Notes under the pieces: model-generated
Told to the model about the DNA's origin: nothing
The model's database searches: none
Seen by the model: only the letters and a program-made list of their open reading frames with translations
Translations under genes and position numbers: made by a program
Part shown: positions 28,318 through 38,343 of the stretch, piece after piece
How the letters are laid out: each line of letters opens with the position of its first letter
How positions within the stretch are numbered: position 1 is the stretch's first letter
Assembly (NCBI GenBank): GCA_029261055.1
Contig: JAJDCA010000080.1
Location: 8,952-72,951, forward strand
Direction: 5' to 3'
Source of the DNA: Candidatus Omnitrophota bacterium
GTDB lineage: Bacteria; Omnitrophota; Gorgyraeia; Zapsychrales; Zapsychraceae
Length of the DNA stretch: 64,000 nucleotides

Positions 28318-29868
28318 TTAATGAACAGGCCATTGACTTTTTAACCAGTAAAAATCCCAATTAGGTCCTCGATGATAAGTGGCGAAATAAGTTAAAATGA
28401 CAAAAGCGACCAAGAAACAAGTAAAAAGAGCAATGGCTGCCATACGTGTAGATTTATATTTTGCCATACAATAAAATGACCAAAAGACAAAAAATGTCAC
28501 TAAAACCGTTCCGGGATTAATAAAGGTAATAACAAGCTGTGGTATGTTAGGAACCCAATTCCTTAGCCAACCAAAACTCACTGTGAAAATGAGCATCCCG
28601 ATAACAGTCGCAGCGGAAAAACCAAAAGAAATCCATGCCACACGCCTACTTTCTTTATTTCGAAGCCATCGACCAATTTCTTGTTTTTCTTTGTCTAAAT
28701 AAGGTATCAACGCTAATCCCAACAGAGCGAGTGTGGGGATTCCAACGCCACCCATAAAGGCAGAATATGAAACCAATTCCTGAAGTCCTAAAAAATACCA
28801 AGGTGCTTTTGCGGGATTCTCGGGGACAACAGGATTAGCCATCTCTTTTAACGGGGCATCAACAAAATAGGCATAAACACAAATAAAAGTAAAAGTTATC
28901 ATAAAAAGAGCAGCTATTCTAATCATCATATGCGGCCAACTAGAAACTGTTTGCTCGGGGCCTCTTTCAACAGCATTGGATTCACCTTTAACAATACACA
29001 TAAGCCCGTACGTCTTCTCAGGTGCATAGTTAAATGTTTTATCGGATAAAGGATCTTTAGGTATTCCTTCGAGTTCTTTCTCTTTAATGTTATCCGGCCT
29101 GGCCAAACCACCATCTTTACGGACGCGCCAAATATGAACAGCCAATACCATAACCAAAACAATCGGTAATATAATACAATGCAGCCAATAGAAACGAATC
29201 AAAGCGTCCTCACCAATTTCTTTAGATCCCAATAAAAGAATTTTCATCAAACTACCCGGATCAAAATATTCAGTAATATTTAAGGCATCGGTTAGTTCAT
29301 TAAACGAAGCAGCAATATTTGTTGCAATCGTAACGGCCCAATAGGCAAGTTGATCCCACGGAAGAAGGTATCCTGTGAAACTCATCATCAGTGTAAGTGC
29401 CAAAAGACCAATCCCTAAAACCCAGTTGAATTGACGTGTTCGTTTATAAGCTGCCGTATAAAAAACACGTGCCATATGCAGAAAAACGCTGATAATCATC
29501 ACATTAGTGGCCCAGCGATGAACATTACGAATAAACCGTCCACCAGGGACAATAAATTGAATATCTTTTATCGAATCATAAGCCAATTCAACAGAAGGTT
29601 TATAATAAATCATTAAAAGAACGCCTGTCACGATAAGGATGATAAAGGAAGATGCTGCAATCACTCCCAAACCAAAAGTAAATTTAGGCTTTAATGAGTA
29701 GCGGTGTATTCGTGTGCTGAAAATATGCAAAAATGAATTGCCAAAAATAATTTGACTACGTGCCCGATCAGAAGTCGGTTTGTCATGCCGTATAAAGGAC
29801 TTTTGAAAGGTTTGTGGAAGTTCTTTAAGATTTTCAAAAAACTCTTTTAAACTTTTTGGTAAAGGCAT
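28318..29868 (-). CDS. Cytochrome b of a Rieske/cytochrome b (bc-type) complex; fused cyt b6 plus subunit-IV-like length
   Basis: Heme-ligand helices (RNVHRWATNVMIISVFLHMARVFYTAAY). 516 aa with 8 or more TM segments. Confidence 0.85.
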   Translation of the reverse strand: MPLPKSLKEFFENLKELPQTFQKSFIRHDKPTSDRARSQIIFGNSFLHIFSTRIHRYSLKPKFTFGLGVIAASSFIILIVTGVLLMIYYKPSVELAYDSIKDIQFIVPGGRFIRNVHRWATNVMIISVFLHMARVFYTAAYKRTRQFNWVLGIGLLALTLMMSFTGYLLPWDQLAYWAVTIATNIAASFNELTDALNITEYFDPGSLMKILLLGSKEIGEDALIRFYWLHCIILPIVLVMVLAVHIWRVRKDGGLARPDNIKEKELEGIPKDPLSDKTFNYAPEKTYGLMCIVKGESNAVERGPEQTVSSWPHMMIRIAALFMITFTFICVYAYFVDAPLKEMANPVVPENPAKAPWYFLGLQELVSYSAFMGGVGIPTLALLGLALIPYLDKEKQEIGRWLRNKESRRVAWISFGFSAATVIGMLIFTVSFGWLRNWVPNIPQLVITFINPGTVLVTFFVFWSFYCMAKYKSTRMAAIALFTCFLVAFVILTYFATYHRGPNWDFYWLKSQWPVH

Positions 29869-29895
29869 CGCAATGAATTCCTTTTATTATTTCTC

Positions 29896-30396
29896 TTACA
29901 CAACATATTTTGTACCAGCAGGAACTTTTTTCCCCGCATTAACAACTAATTTTCCGCTCGGGAGTTGACTGACTTCTAACCAGCTTAAGCCACGAGGAGC
30001 TGGCCCAGCAACAACGTCACCTCTTTCATTAAATTTAGAACCATGGCAAGGACACTGGTACCCTTTACTTGTTTTTGACACAATACATCCTAAATGGGTA
30101 CATATAAGTGAAACAGCATAAATGCCATCACCATCTCTAACAATACGCACTTTTTTGTCCTCGATGATTTTTTTGGTCCCAACAGGCATGTCCTCCGGTT
30201 TCCCGATTTTGAAAATATTGGAAACATCGGGTAATAATGCCGGTTTAGGAAATTTTAACAAACCAATCATTGTTAAAGTCCACGCTGTAATAGATGCACC
30301 AATGGTAGATAATTTCAAAAATTTTCTTCGGCTAATCTTATTTTCTGAATCAATTTGGTAATCACGTTTATGGCCTTTTTGATCCGTTGAACTCAT
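29896..30396 (-). CDS. Rieske [2Fe-2S] iron-sulfur protein
   Basis: CTHLGC...CPCHGS boxes. Twin-arginine-like RRKFLK signal followed by a TM anchor. Confidence 0.85.
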   Translation of the reverse strand: MSSTDQKGHKRDYQIDSENKISRRKFLKLSTIGASITAWTLTMIGLLKFPKPALLPDVSNIFKIGKPEDMPVGTKKIIEDKKVRIVRDGDGIYAVSLICTHLGCIVSKTSKGYQCPCHGSKFNERGDVVAGPAPRGLSWLEVSQLPSGKLVVNAGKKVPAGTKYVV

Positions 30397-32255
30397 CTTA
30401 AAATCTCCTTAAAAGTAAATCGCTCCATAGTTATGGCGTCGACGGGACAACGGATCGCGCACAAAGCACACCGAATACACTTTTCTTCATCTTTAATAAT
30501 AGCCGTCAATTTATCTGTTTGTTTTCTCTTTTTCATAAGGTCAAACAATTTAAAAATTGATTTGTCTCCTTGCAGCTTAGCTACGGGGACTAGCTTTAAA
30601 CACAATTCAGGACAGACATCAACACATCCGCCACAAAGGATACATTTATTTCCATCAAAAATAGTATTAACCCCGCAGTCCAGACAACGAGCCCCCTCTA
30701 TTTGGGCCTGCCCAGAGGTAAATCCTTTTTCAATAACAATTTTATGATTAAACATTCTATCTTTAACATCAACTGTTTCAAATACCTGGCGTCGAATTTT
30801 CTCATACCCCATCTCCCGGGAATAATCTTCAATTGGCGTGTGCACTTTTTCTATTTTTGTCTCTATTTTTATACCGCTTACTTTATGATAAATCGACCGT
30901 GCAACTTTTTTACCGCTCGCGATTGCATCAATCATCAAACGGGGGCCATAAGCCAGATCACCGGCCAGAAAAACGCCATCGGCACTTGTTGAAAAAGTTT
31001 CTGGATCACAAACAATATTACCCCGCTCATTTATTTCTAGCCCATCTTTTTTAGGATCAATGAAGGAAACATCCGAACTCTGTCCGACTGCAAACAGGAC
31101 CGTGTCCGCTTCCAGGGTAAGAGTATCGGAAGGGTCATATTGAGGATTAAACCGATTATTTTCATCAAAAACCGAAGTTACTTTGTAAAACAAAACACCT
31201 TTAACTCTTCCCTGCTCTGTTAAAATTTTTTGTGGGCCGTAACCATTGTGGCGCATAACTCCTTCTTCTTCTCCCTCTAAAATTTCGATCTCATCAGCCA
31301 GCATTTCGTTTTCCGATTCAAGACAAACCAAAGAAATATGTATACCTTCCCGCTCATGCAAAGCGGTGTTGACCACATCCACTTGTTGCTGCCGAAGGGC
31401 TGATCGGGCAATGTCATAAGCGACATTCCCGCCGCCAATGACAACAACTTTAGTTCCGATGTCACGAGGTAGATCAAGGGACACGTCTCTCAAGAATTCA
31501 ACGCCGCCTAAAACTCCGGAAGCATCAGCCCCGGGAATTGGTAGAGACCTCGACTTTTTGCAGCCAACAGCAATCACAACAGCATCATGGCGCCTTCGCA
31601 GCTCCTCAAAAGTTACATCTTTACCGACAGTACAACTTGTTATGATTTTAACGCCCAATGATTTAATAACTCCAATTTCCGCATCGATTAATTCTCGCGG
31701 AAGTCGATATGCGGGGATTCCTAAATAAAGCATTCCTGCCGGAATAGGCTCCATTTCGTATATCGTTACTGAAAAACCCATTAAAGCAAGATCATGCGCC
31801 CCAGCAAGGCCTGCCGGTCCTGAACCAATAATTCCGACACTTTTTTCATGCATTTTTTTGAATTTTCCAGATTCCACATTGATTAAGAAAGCTCCCAAAT
31901 CTTCAATATCAATACACTCTCTATTCTCTAAATTTGTACGAATTTTTTTGATAACGTCTAATGGTGTTTTTAGTGCTTCTGAATTTTCTACCGCAGACCG
32001 TTTTAGACCTCTAATAGAAACACTTTTGTCAATACTACCGCGCCGACAGGCAGCTTCACAAGGAGCGCCGCAAACACGGCCACAAATAGAAGCTAAAGGA
32101 TTAGGGGCACGTGCGATCAAATAGGCCTGCTCAAAATTCCCTTCTGCAATAGCCCGGACATATCCGCGTGCATCCGTATGTACAGGGCAGGCATACTGGC
32201 ACTTAATTTGCTTTTTCCAATAATTGGAATTCGGGATTTCGACTTTCAGCTTCAT
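30393..32255 (-). CDS. GltD-like FAD/NAD(P)H-dependent oxidoreductase Fe-S flavoprotein with C-terminal 2x[4Fe-4S] ferredoxin domain
   Basis: N-terminal Fe-S motif C..CP.......C..C....C. Two Rossmann GxGxxG motifs (GIIGSGPAGLAGA, VVIGGGNVAYD). C-terminal CILCGGCVDVCP and CIRCALCAIRCP. Confidence 0.8.
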   Translation of the reverse strand: MKLKVEIPNSNYWKKQIKCQYACPVHTDARGYVRAIAEGNFEQAYLIARAPNPLASICGRVCGAPCEAACRRGSIDKSVSIRGLKRSAVENSEALKTPLDVIKKIRTNLENRECIDIEDLGAFLINVESGKFKKMHEKSVGIIGSGPAGLAGAHDLALMGFSVTIYEMEPIPAGMLYLGIPAYRLPRELIDAEIGVIKSLGVKIITSCTVGKDVTFEELRRRHDAVVIAVGCKKSRSLPIPGADASGVLGGVEFLRDVSLDLPRDIGTKVVVIGGGNVAYDIARSALRQQQVDVVNTALHEREGIHISLVCLESENEMLADEIEILEGEEEGVMRHNGYGPQKILTEQGRVKGVLFYKVTSVFDENNRFNPQYDPSDTLTLEADTVLFAVGQSSDVSFIDPKKDGLEINERGNIVCDPETFSTSADGVFLAGDLAYGPRLMIDAIASGKKVARSIYHKVSGIKIETKIEKVHTPIEDYSREMGYEKIRRQVFETVDVKDRMFNHKIVIEKGFTSGQAQIEGARCLDCGVNTIFDGNKCILCGGCVDVCPELCLKLVPVAKLQGDKSIFKLFDLMKKRKQTDKLTAIIKDEEKCIRCALCAIRCPVDAITMERFTFKEILR

Positions 32256-32257
32256 AG

Positions 32258-33340
32258 TTAAACGGGAATGGAAGATACTTTGTTTATTGAATCAAATTTA
32301 TAGTTATATATTTTTCTTTCTTTCATTTTTCTTAATTGATCATAAAACTCAGATATTTTCTGGGCAATAATCTGTTCTACAAGAATACTGGAATCTTTTC
32401 GTTTCTCCATATTGTCTTCAACAACTTTATCTAAATCATCAATAGAAAACAAAAGAACGTTTTCTATTTTTGCCACATTAGGGTCGATATTGCGTGGCAT
32501 AGAAATATCCAATAACAATAATTTCTTATTCCTTCGTTGTGCCATAACTTTTGTTACTAAATTCCTTTCAACGATTATATGGGGAGCATTGACAGAGCAG
32601 ATGCATACGTCTACTTTTTTTAAAATTTGCTCAATTTCACTAAAGGGAACAATTTTTCCTCCGATTTGTTCCGCTAACTCTGCAGCATGAGCCGTTGTCC
32701 TGTTCATAATGTATAAATCTTTGACGTTTTTGCTTTTTAACTGCCGACCTGTCAGGGTGCTCATCTTTCCTGCCCCGATTATTAAAACAGACTTATTGCT
32801 AAGGGTTTCTATCATGTTTTCGGCCATTGTGACGGCGGCCCAACTCACTGAAGAGCCGCCTGCTCCAATAGACGTTTCATTTTGTGCCTTTTTGCCGCAC
32901 TGAATCACTAAATTAGATAAAATATTAAATAAAGAAGATAACATCCCCTTTTTTCGTGACAAGTTTACGGCAGCTTTTATTTGACCTAATATTTGTTTTT
33001 CTCCTAAAACAAGAGAATCCAATCCGGTGGCAACACGGAAAAAATGATCGACGGCTACTTGATCGGTCAGTGAATAAAAATGTTTTTTTAAAGGCGAAGT
33101 TATATCAAGATGTTTGATTTGAGCTAACAGTCCAATCAATGAGTCAGGCGTAAAGTTTGAAATCGTATTTACATATATCTCGGTACGGTTACAGGTCGAG
33201 ACAACAATTGCTTCAATGATACTTGGATATGATTTAAGTTCACTAAGTAAAAGTTCCTGTTCCAAGTCCCTCAAATAAAATTTTTCCCTGACTTCTATGG
33301 GGGCGGTTTTATGATTAATGCCAACAACCTGTATTTTCAT
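32258..33340 (-). CDS. hemA: Glutamyl-tRNA reductase
   Basis: N-terminal MKIQVVGINHKTAPIEVREKF, catalytic-Cys region TCNRTEIY, NADPH-binding GAGKMS. Confidence 0.9.
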   Translation of the reverse strand: MKIQVVGINHKTAPIEVREKFYLRDLEQELLLSELKSYPSIIEAIVVSTCNRTEIYVNTISNFTPDSLIGLLAQIKHLDITSPLKKHFYSLTDQVAVDHFFRVATGLDSLVLGEKQILGQIKAAVNLSRKKGMLSSLFNILSNLVIQCGKKAQNETSIGAGGSSVSWAAVTMAENMIETLSNKSVLIIGAGKMSTLTGRQLKSKNVKDLYIMNRTTAHAAELAEQIGGKIVPFSEIEQILKKVDVCICSVNAPHIIVERNLVTKVMAQRRNKKLLLLDISMPRNIDPNVAKIENVLLFSIDDLDKVVEDNMEKRKDSSILVEQIIAQKISEFYDQLRKMKERKIYNYKFDSINKVSSIPV

Positions 33341-33900
33341 CGTTTATCTTTCATAATAGATGCGACACTTCCACAGTTATTCAGATTTCTAAAAAGCAAA
33401 CTTTGCTCATCAGAATGCAGCTCTTGGTCAATACACATATAAAGGCTTTTCTTTTCTATCTCAAAATGGCTTTGGATTAAATAATAAAAGAATGCTATTT
33501 TCTCGCCCACACTCTCAATACACAGTTTTTGTTCTTTCGCATTCTCAGCGGAATAAATTGATTTGAGGGTCTGATTGATTTTTCTTAAACTTTTCTTTAT
33601 TTCTTTATTTTCTTCCTGAAATATATGAATCAATGGGCTTAGGCGAGGGATGTGAGCTTCAAAAAAAGGAAAAACGATTTTTTCATCCAATCTTATATAC
33701 AACAATAGTTTGTTTTTAATTTCTTCTGCCATTTTACAAAGTTTTTGTAAATTTACCTCAAGGCAAGCCTTTCCTACATAGGGGAGACTTTGAGAACAAT
33801 TCAAGAGCTGGTTAGCTTTTTGTAGAATTATTACCTGATTTTTTTCAAGAAACACTCTAATTTCACCTGAACGAAACATACTTATTTTCATTTTTGACAT
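33337..33900 (-). CDS. Hypothetical protein, possibly hemerythrin-like (H-x3-E repeats)
   Basis: Overlaps the hemA start by 4 nt (translational coupling). Has HIFQEENKE and HFEIEKK motifs. No confident family assignment. Confidence 0.35.
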   Translation of the reverse strand: MSKMKISMFRSGEIRVFLEKNQVIILQKANQLLNCSQSLPYVGKACLEVNLQKLCKMAEEIKNKLLLYIRLDEKIVFPFFEAHIPRLSPLIHIFQEENKEIKKSLRKINQTLKSIYSAENAKEQKLCIESVGEKIAFFYYLIQSHFEIEKKSLYMCIDQELHSDEQSLLFRNLNNCGSVASIMKDKR

Positions 33901-33980
33901 TGTAGTAATTTATCAGCACTGAACATTCTTTGCTGTGATAAATATCACTTTCTCGAATAAAAATGTTGTTTAAAATATTC

Positions 33981-34679
33981 CTAATCTTCCATAAGGAGTC
34001 TTTGTAATTCCGCTATTTTATTGATTCCTATACGTTTTGATTGGACATCAATTATTTTCTGACGTTTCAGTTGGCTTAAATGTCTGGTGACCGTTTCTCT
34101 TGTCGTTCCGATACGGTGGGCAATTTCTTCACGGGTAAAAAGGAGGTCGAATGTATCGATTTTTTGCCCTTGGACAATCATTTGTTCATACATATCGATA
34201 AGGAATTTGATCAATTTTTTTTTGCTATTATTGAGTGAAATGTCTTCCATAAACGAGCAAAGCTGGCACATTTTTTTTGCAAAAACTTGATTCAAAGCTT
34301 GCGAGACATTCAGATTGTTTTGTACCAATTGGGTATAATGTGTTCGGCCAAGCACCCAGACGCGGCAATCTGTCAGGGCTTGAGCGGAGGAACTACATTG
34401 CCAAGTTACCGCCCCAGGGTTACAGGCACATGTATCACCCGGTTCCAAAATTTCAATAATCTGCTCTCTTCCCGAAGGTGCGGTCCTAAACACTTTTATT
34501 CGTCCTGACATTACGACAGTGATATTCTGGCATTCATCTCCTGACAAATGAAGAACGCGCCCCTTTGTATATGATTTTTCTATCAAACACTTTGAAATAT
34601 GATTCAAGTCTTTTATCGAAAGTTTTGAAAAAAATGGGACGTCCCGTAATTTAATTAACGATTTTGTTTTTTTTGACAT
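33981..34679 (-). CDS. Crp/Fnr family transcriptional regulator
   Basis: cNMP-binding beta-roll followed by the C-terminal HTH RETVTRHLSQLKRQKII. No classic FNR N-terminal Cys cluster, but internal Cys residues are present. Confidence 0.8.
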   Translation of the reverse strand: MSKKTKSLIKLRDVPFFSKLSIKDLNHISKCLIEKSYTKGRVLHLSGDECQNITVVMSGRIKVFRTAPSGREQIIEILEPGDTCACNPGAVTWQCSSSAQALTDCRVWVLGRTHYTQLVQNNLNVSQALNQVFAKKMCQLCSFMEDISLNNSKKKLIKFLIDMYEQMIVQGQKIDTFDLLFTREEIAHRIGTTRETVTRHLSQLKRQKIIDVQSKRIGINKIAELQRLLMED

Positions 34680-34704
34680 AAAGTAAGCCTGATGACTAAA
34701 GTAT

Positions 34705-36093
34705 TTAAAATATTCCGAAAAATTGACCTGCTACGATTAAAAATCCCAAACCACAAGCGCTTGAGATGGCCACCCCGTAGGATTTTTTATTCCAAAAAAT
34801 TAATACAAATCCAAATAAAATGCTGACTAACCCAATGGAAGAAAATATTTCATGATAATTTTCAACAGGTGGACGCGACATAATAATCGTAAATGAAATC
34901 ATTGCCCAGGCGTGAAGGATAAAACCTAAAATCAGCAGAAATAATGAAAAGTATGTAAAAAATGTCCTTTTAAACAAAATGTACAAAATACTCATGAAAA
35001 GGGCTATGCCGTAAAATAATTTAGTCCACAATAAAGGATTTAAATAGTTATTAAAAATTTCTATTTTAAAATGCCATGCATTAAAATTCTTCTCGCCTGA
35101 AAGAACAAGTCTGCTTTTTATCGACCGCTGAAAAGCTCGCACATCCATATCAAATTGTAATTGTTCGCCATTCCAGTAATACACAACAAGATTTCTTAGA
35201 AAATTTATTTCCTTCTCTATTTCCGGATTCTTAAACTCCCTGTTAATTGCCTCCCAAGGACTACTCCAAAATTTGTCTTGAGGATTAAGTGTTGGTATCA
35301 TTGCCACGGAACTACTTTCATAAGACATTGACCAGCGAAGAAGATTCCCCAGCAAACGTAATAACTCCTTTTCCTGGAGAGTTCTCTCTTCAATAGTTTT
35401 TTGATCAACATTTTTTGTAGCTGACATAATGGCTTCAGCTTTTGAAGCGATATCTAAAAAACTGTATAAATTCTTCCCCTGTGATAAATTGAGTAGTTGA
35501 ACAATATCATCGTTATTTACTTGAAAATCTATGTTTGGAATGGCAAAAGAAAAACTATTGGCAAGATTTGTATACAATACAATATTTTGATAAAGACGAA
35601 TGACGTCACTCTCAAAAATATTCCGATTGTTTTCTTTAATCCCCTCCGCTGATTTAGCCAGATCAATTAACTTTTGCAAGCTCGGTTCAATTTGGGCAAA
35701 GCTATATCGTCCCTTTGCTTCAGTCGCAATCTCTAATTTTGAAAGAACCTCAGCATTATTGATTAAAAAAACCTTATCTTTTCGTGTGTTTCCAGGAGAG
35801 AATAAAATTTTTGCAAGCCATTCTATTGCCGGTTTTTGGTTAAAAGAATTCTTCCCGGAAAATTGCACCATAAAACCTCGAGCATACGTATCAAGTGGCT
35901 TTATTCTCCCCTGGTCTAAAATGGCCATTGTCTTAAAATATTCCAAAGAAGATATTCCTTTAGATTTTATATTTTGCGACAAAGGGAAAATTTGCTGAGC
36001 ATAAGTATTAGACAATACGCCCCATGAATTAATAAAAATAAATATAAATATGATGTGCTTAAACATTTTTTTGTAATGTGACAATGTAAACAA
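34705..36093 (-). CDS. Membrane protein with a large periplasmic N-domain and four C-terminal TM helices, hypothetical
   Basis: Signal peptide, about 330 aa of soluble domain, then a C-terminal hydrophobic bundle. It follows the Crp/Fnr regulator. Confidence 0.45.
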   Translation of the reverse strand: MFTLSHYKKMFKHIIFIFIFINSWGVLSNTYAQQIFPLSQNIKSKGISSLEYFKTMAILDQGRIKPLDTYARGFMVQFSGKNSFNQKPAIEWLAKILFSPGNTRKDKVFLINNAEVLSKLEIATEAKGRYSFAQIEPSLQKLIDLAKSAEGIKENNRNIFESDVIRLYQNIVLYTNLANSFSFAIPNIDFQVNNDDIVQLLNLSQGKNLYSFLDIASKAEAIMSATKNVDQKTIEERTLQEKELLRLLGNLLRWSMSYESSSVAMIPTLNPQDKFWSSPWEAINREFKNPEIEKEINFLRNLVVYYWNGEQLQFDMDVRAFQRSIKSRLVLSGEKNFNAWHFKIEIFNNYLNPLLWTKLFYGIALFMSILYILFKRTFFTYFSLFLLILGFILHAWAMISFTIIMSRPPVENYHEIFSSIGLVSILFGFVLIFWNKKSYGVAISSACGLGFLIVAGQFFGIF

Positions 36094-36185
36094 TTAGTCT
36101 TAAGTAAAAAATGAAGAAATGCTATTTGAGGAAATAAGGAATGTAAAATTAGACAAAGATAAAAATATAGAAATTCCCTATAAAC

Positions 36186-36644
36186 CTATATCGTATAGAG
36201 AATAGGAGGAGCATGGGCGGGTGATGTGATAAGAAATACGATTTTAAACCTGTCGGTGCCAGGCGGGTCCAAATAATGGAAGGAATTCCAAATTTCGGAC
36301 AATTGAGAAATTTCAGCAACAACCAAAACAGCAGAATTGTTAAAAAAATCTAAAAAGTTTCTTAAGAAATCAAATGTTAAATTTTGTTTTGATGTGATGC
36401 TGACCGCTTTGATCGTAGAGCAACAAAAAGAGTCTTCTTCATCTTCATGGCTAGACGTTGCATCTTCTGAATGGGTTTCTTCATCGGATTGACTATGTGC
36501 TGCTTCAGCAGAATCGTGATGGGGGCCGCATTCAGAGGAAAGGGCTAAAGACGAAATCCCGCAAAAATTTAGTAATAGCGCAAATGAAAAAATGATAACT
36601 GGGGCAAATTTCCACTTTCTGATTGTAGAATTGATCAATTTCAT
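36186..36644 (-). CDS. Small secreted acidic His/Glu/Asp-rich protein of the 'FCCSTIKA' family (copy 1)
   Basis: Signal peptide. HSQSDEETHSEDATSSHEDEEDSFCCSTIKA. Paralog of 38344..38802. Conserved promoter/operator immediately upstream. Confidence 0.5.
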   Translation of the reverse strand: MKLINSTIRKWKFAPVIIFSFALLLNFCGISSLALSSECGPHHDSAEAAHSQSDEETHSEDATSSHEDEEDSFCCSTIKAVSITSKQNLTFDFLRNFLDFFNNSAVLVVAEISQLSEIWNSFHYLDPPGTDRFKIVFLITSPAHAPPILYTI

Positions 36645-36662
36645 CTTACTCCCTTTACAATT

Positions 36663-36706
36663 AATTATATACTAAACCCTACTGCAGTCAAGGATTTTGA
36701 AAAACA
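36663..36706 (-). promoter_or_regulatory. Sigma-70-like promoter (TTGACT-16-TATAAT) with an upstream partially palindromic element conserved with 38829..38871
   Basis: Reading the minus strand gives GTGTTTTTCAAAATCCTTGACTGCAGT...TATAAT, ending about 11 nt before the ATG. Confidence 0.4.
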
Positions 36707-36964
36707 CTGGCGACTTCCTTTTACACCGTTTTTCTATTTTCAATCCTTTGTTCTACTTAATCTTAAATCTCTGATAGTTATCATTCCTGAGAAATTTCGC
36801 CCAAATGCTCAACGAGATGATGAAGATCCTCTGCATCGGGAGGAGATTCTATACAGCTGCTTTGTTCACTTTAACCTTACTCTCTAAGGCAATAATTACA
36901 TACCCAATTACAAAAATTATGATCATCAACATGCTTATAAGGCTTCATTCTCGTTATGGTGGCC

Positions 36965-38212
36965 TTATTTTGCAAAGACCTCATGTTTTTGAAATATGGA
37001 AATCAAGGCTTCTACATTCTTATCAATATCAAATTTCTTTATCACCATTTTACGGCCATTCTGCCTAAAATTATCTGCAGGGAATTGCCCAATAAGCATT
37101 CTTGAAATGGCCGTAGACAGCGCCGACTCATTGCGGGGTTCAACTAAAATGCCGGTTTTATTATGAATAATCACCTCAGGAATACCTGAAACCTTTGTCG
37201 CAATAACAGGGGCTCCCATCGCTAAGGCCTCCAAAAGCACATTAGGGATACCATCACGGTCTCCATTGCGTGCAATGACACTAGGAACTACAAAAACCGC
37301 TGTCTTCTTAAAGTATTTCTTGATTTGCTCCTGATCAACGGAACCAGGCATTTGGATATACTGCTTAAGTCCTAATTTATTCCGTAAATTTTCCAATTCC
37401 TTTCTTAAGGGGCCTTCACCAACAAGGATACATTGAAAATTAACATTTTTACGGTTCAATATGTCACAAGCCTTAATCAAATACTCAAAACCCTTTTGTT
37501 CAACAAGGCGTCCTATGGCTAAAATTATTTTTACTTTATTCTTATTCACATTATCTAAATGAATCGGTGAAGGTATCGAAATCGAGTCTTCGGTAAAATT
37601 AAATTTTTTTATGTCAAGACCATGATAGTTCACTTCTAGTTTATTTCTTTGAATGTTATCTAAATAATTTTTATTTGCTTGCGTACACGTTACGGCAAAT
37701 GTCGCCTTTTTTAATTTTTCCCCTAAATCAATTTTAGTGCTTAAATAAATATCCCAAGCATGAGCCGTAAAACTAAAAGGAATCCCGAGTAATTCGTTAA
37801 TAATCTCGGCTCCTGTTGTTGGCATAGTTGCCCAATGAGCATGAAGGTGATGGATATTGTGTTTGTGCATTAATCGCGCAAAATACAATGATTTTAAAAA
37901 AACACATGAGGTTTTTAAAAATTTCTCAGCAGGCCATAAATTTCTTAGTACCTTAAAATATAAAATTTTGCATAATACTCTGGGCTTTTTCTTTAACCAA
38001 TACAAAAAAGAACTAAACTCTAGATTAGAGGCATAATATGTTTGTCCCAATAAGTTTTTAGCCTCAGGATGAATAATTTTATCTTTGCATTTTTTCAGAG
38101 AATAAATGTAAAAATTTATTTCTTTTTTTTTCAGTGCGGTAAATTCTCTCAAGATAAAAGTTTCATGCATTTCCGGAAATTGAGATATTAAGAATCCAAT
38201 TTTTCGCATCAT
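36965..38212 (-). CDS. Family 1 (GT4-type) glycosyltransferase
   Basis: C-terminal E.FG.P..EA.A.G.PVIATKVSGIPEVI motif of retaining GT-B glycosyltransferases. Confidence 0.85.
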   Translation of the reverse strand: MMRKIGFLISQFPEMHETFILREFTALKKKEINFYIYSLKKCKDKIIHPEAKNLLGQTYYASNLEFSSFLYWLKKKPRVLCKILYFKVLRNLWPAEKFLKTSCVFLKSLYFARLMHKHNIHHLHAHWATMPTTGAEIINELLGIPFSFTAHAWDIYLSTKIDLGEKLKKATFAVTCTQANKNYLDNIQRNKLEVNYHGLDIKKFNFTEDSISIPSPIHLDNVNKNKVKIILAIGRLVEQKGFEYLIKACDILNRKNVNFQCILVGEGPLRKELENLRNKLGLKQYIQMPGSVDQEQIKKYFKKTAVFVVPSVIARNGDRDGIPNVLLEALAMGAPVIATKVSGIPEVIIHNKTGILVEPRNESALSTAISRMLIGQFPADNFRQNGRKMVIKKFDIDKNVEALISIFQKHEVFAK

Positions 38213-38343
38213 TTTATTATCCTCGTTCTCTCTTTTTATTATCGGTTAAAATGGCGTTACTACGCCGTGATTCTAGAAAGCTGTCCGACAAATGAATATC
38301 AATGACAAACTAACTAGATAGAATTTAAAGGAAGTACTTATGC

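Noticed and set aside
36805-37068. Plus-strand 87-aa ORF overlapping the 3' end of the glycosyltransferase
   Set aside because: It is antisense to a well-supported GT4 gene, has no RBS or motif support, and would run against the otherwise uniform minus-strand organisation.
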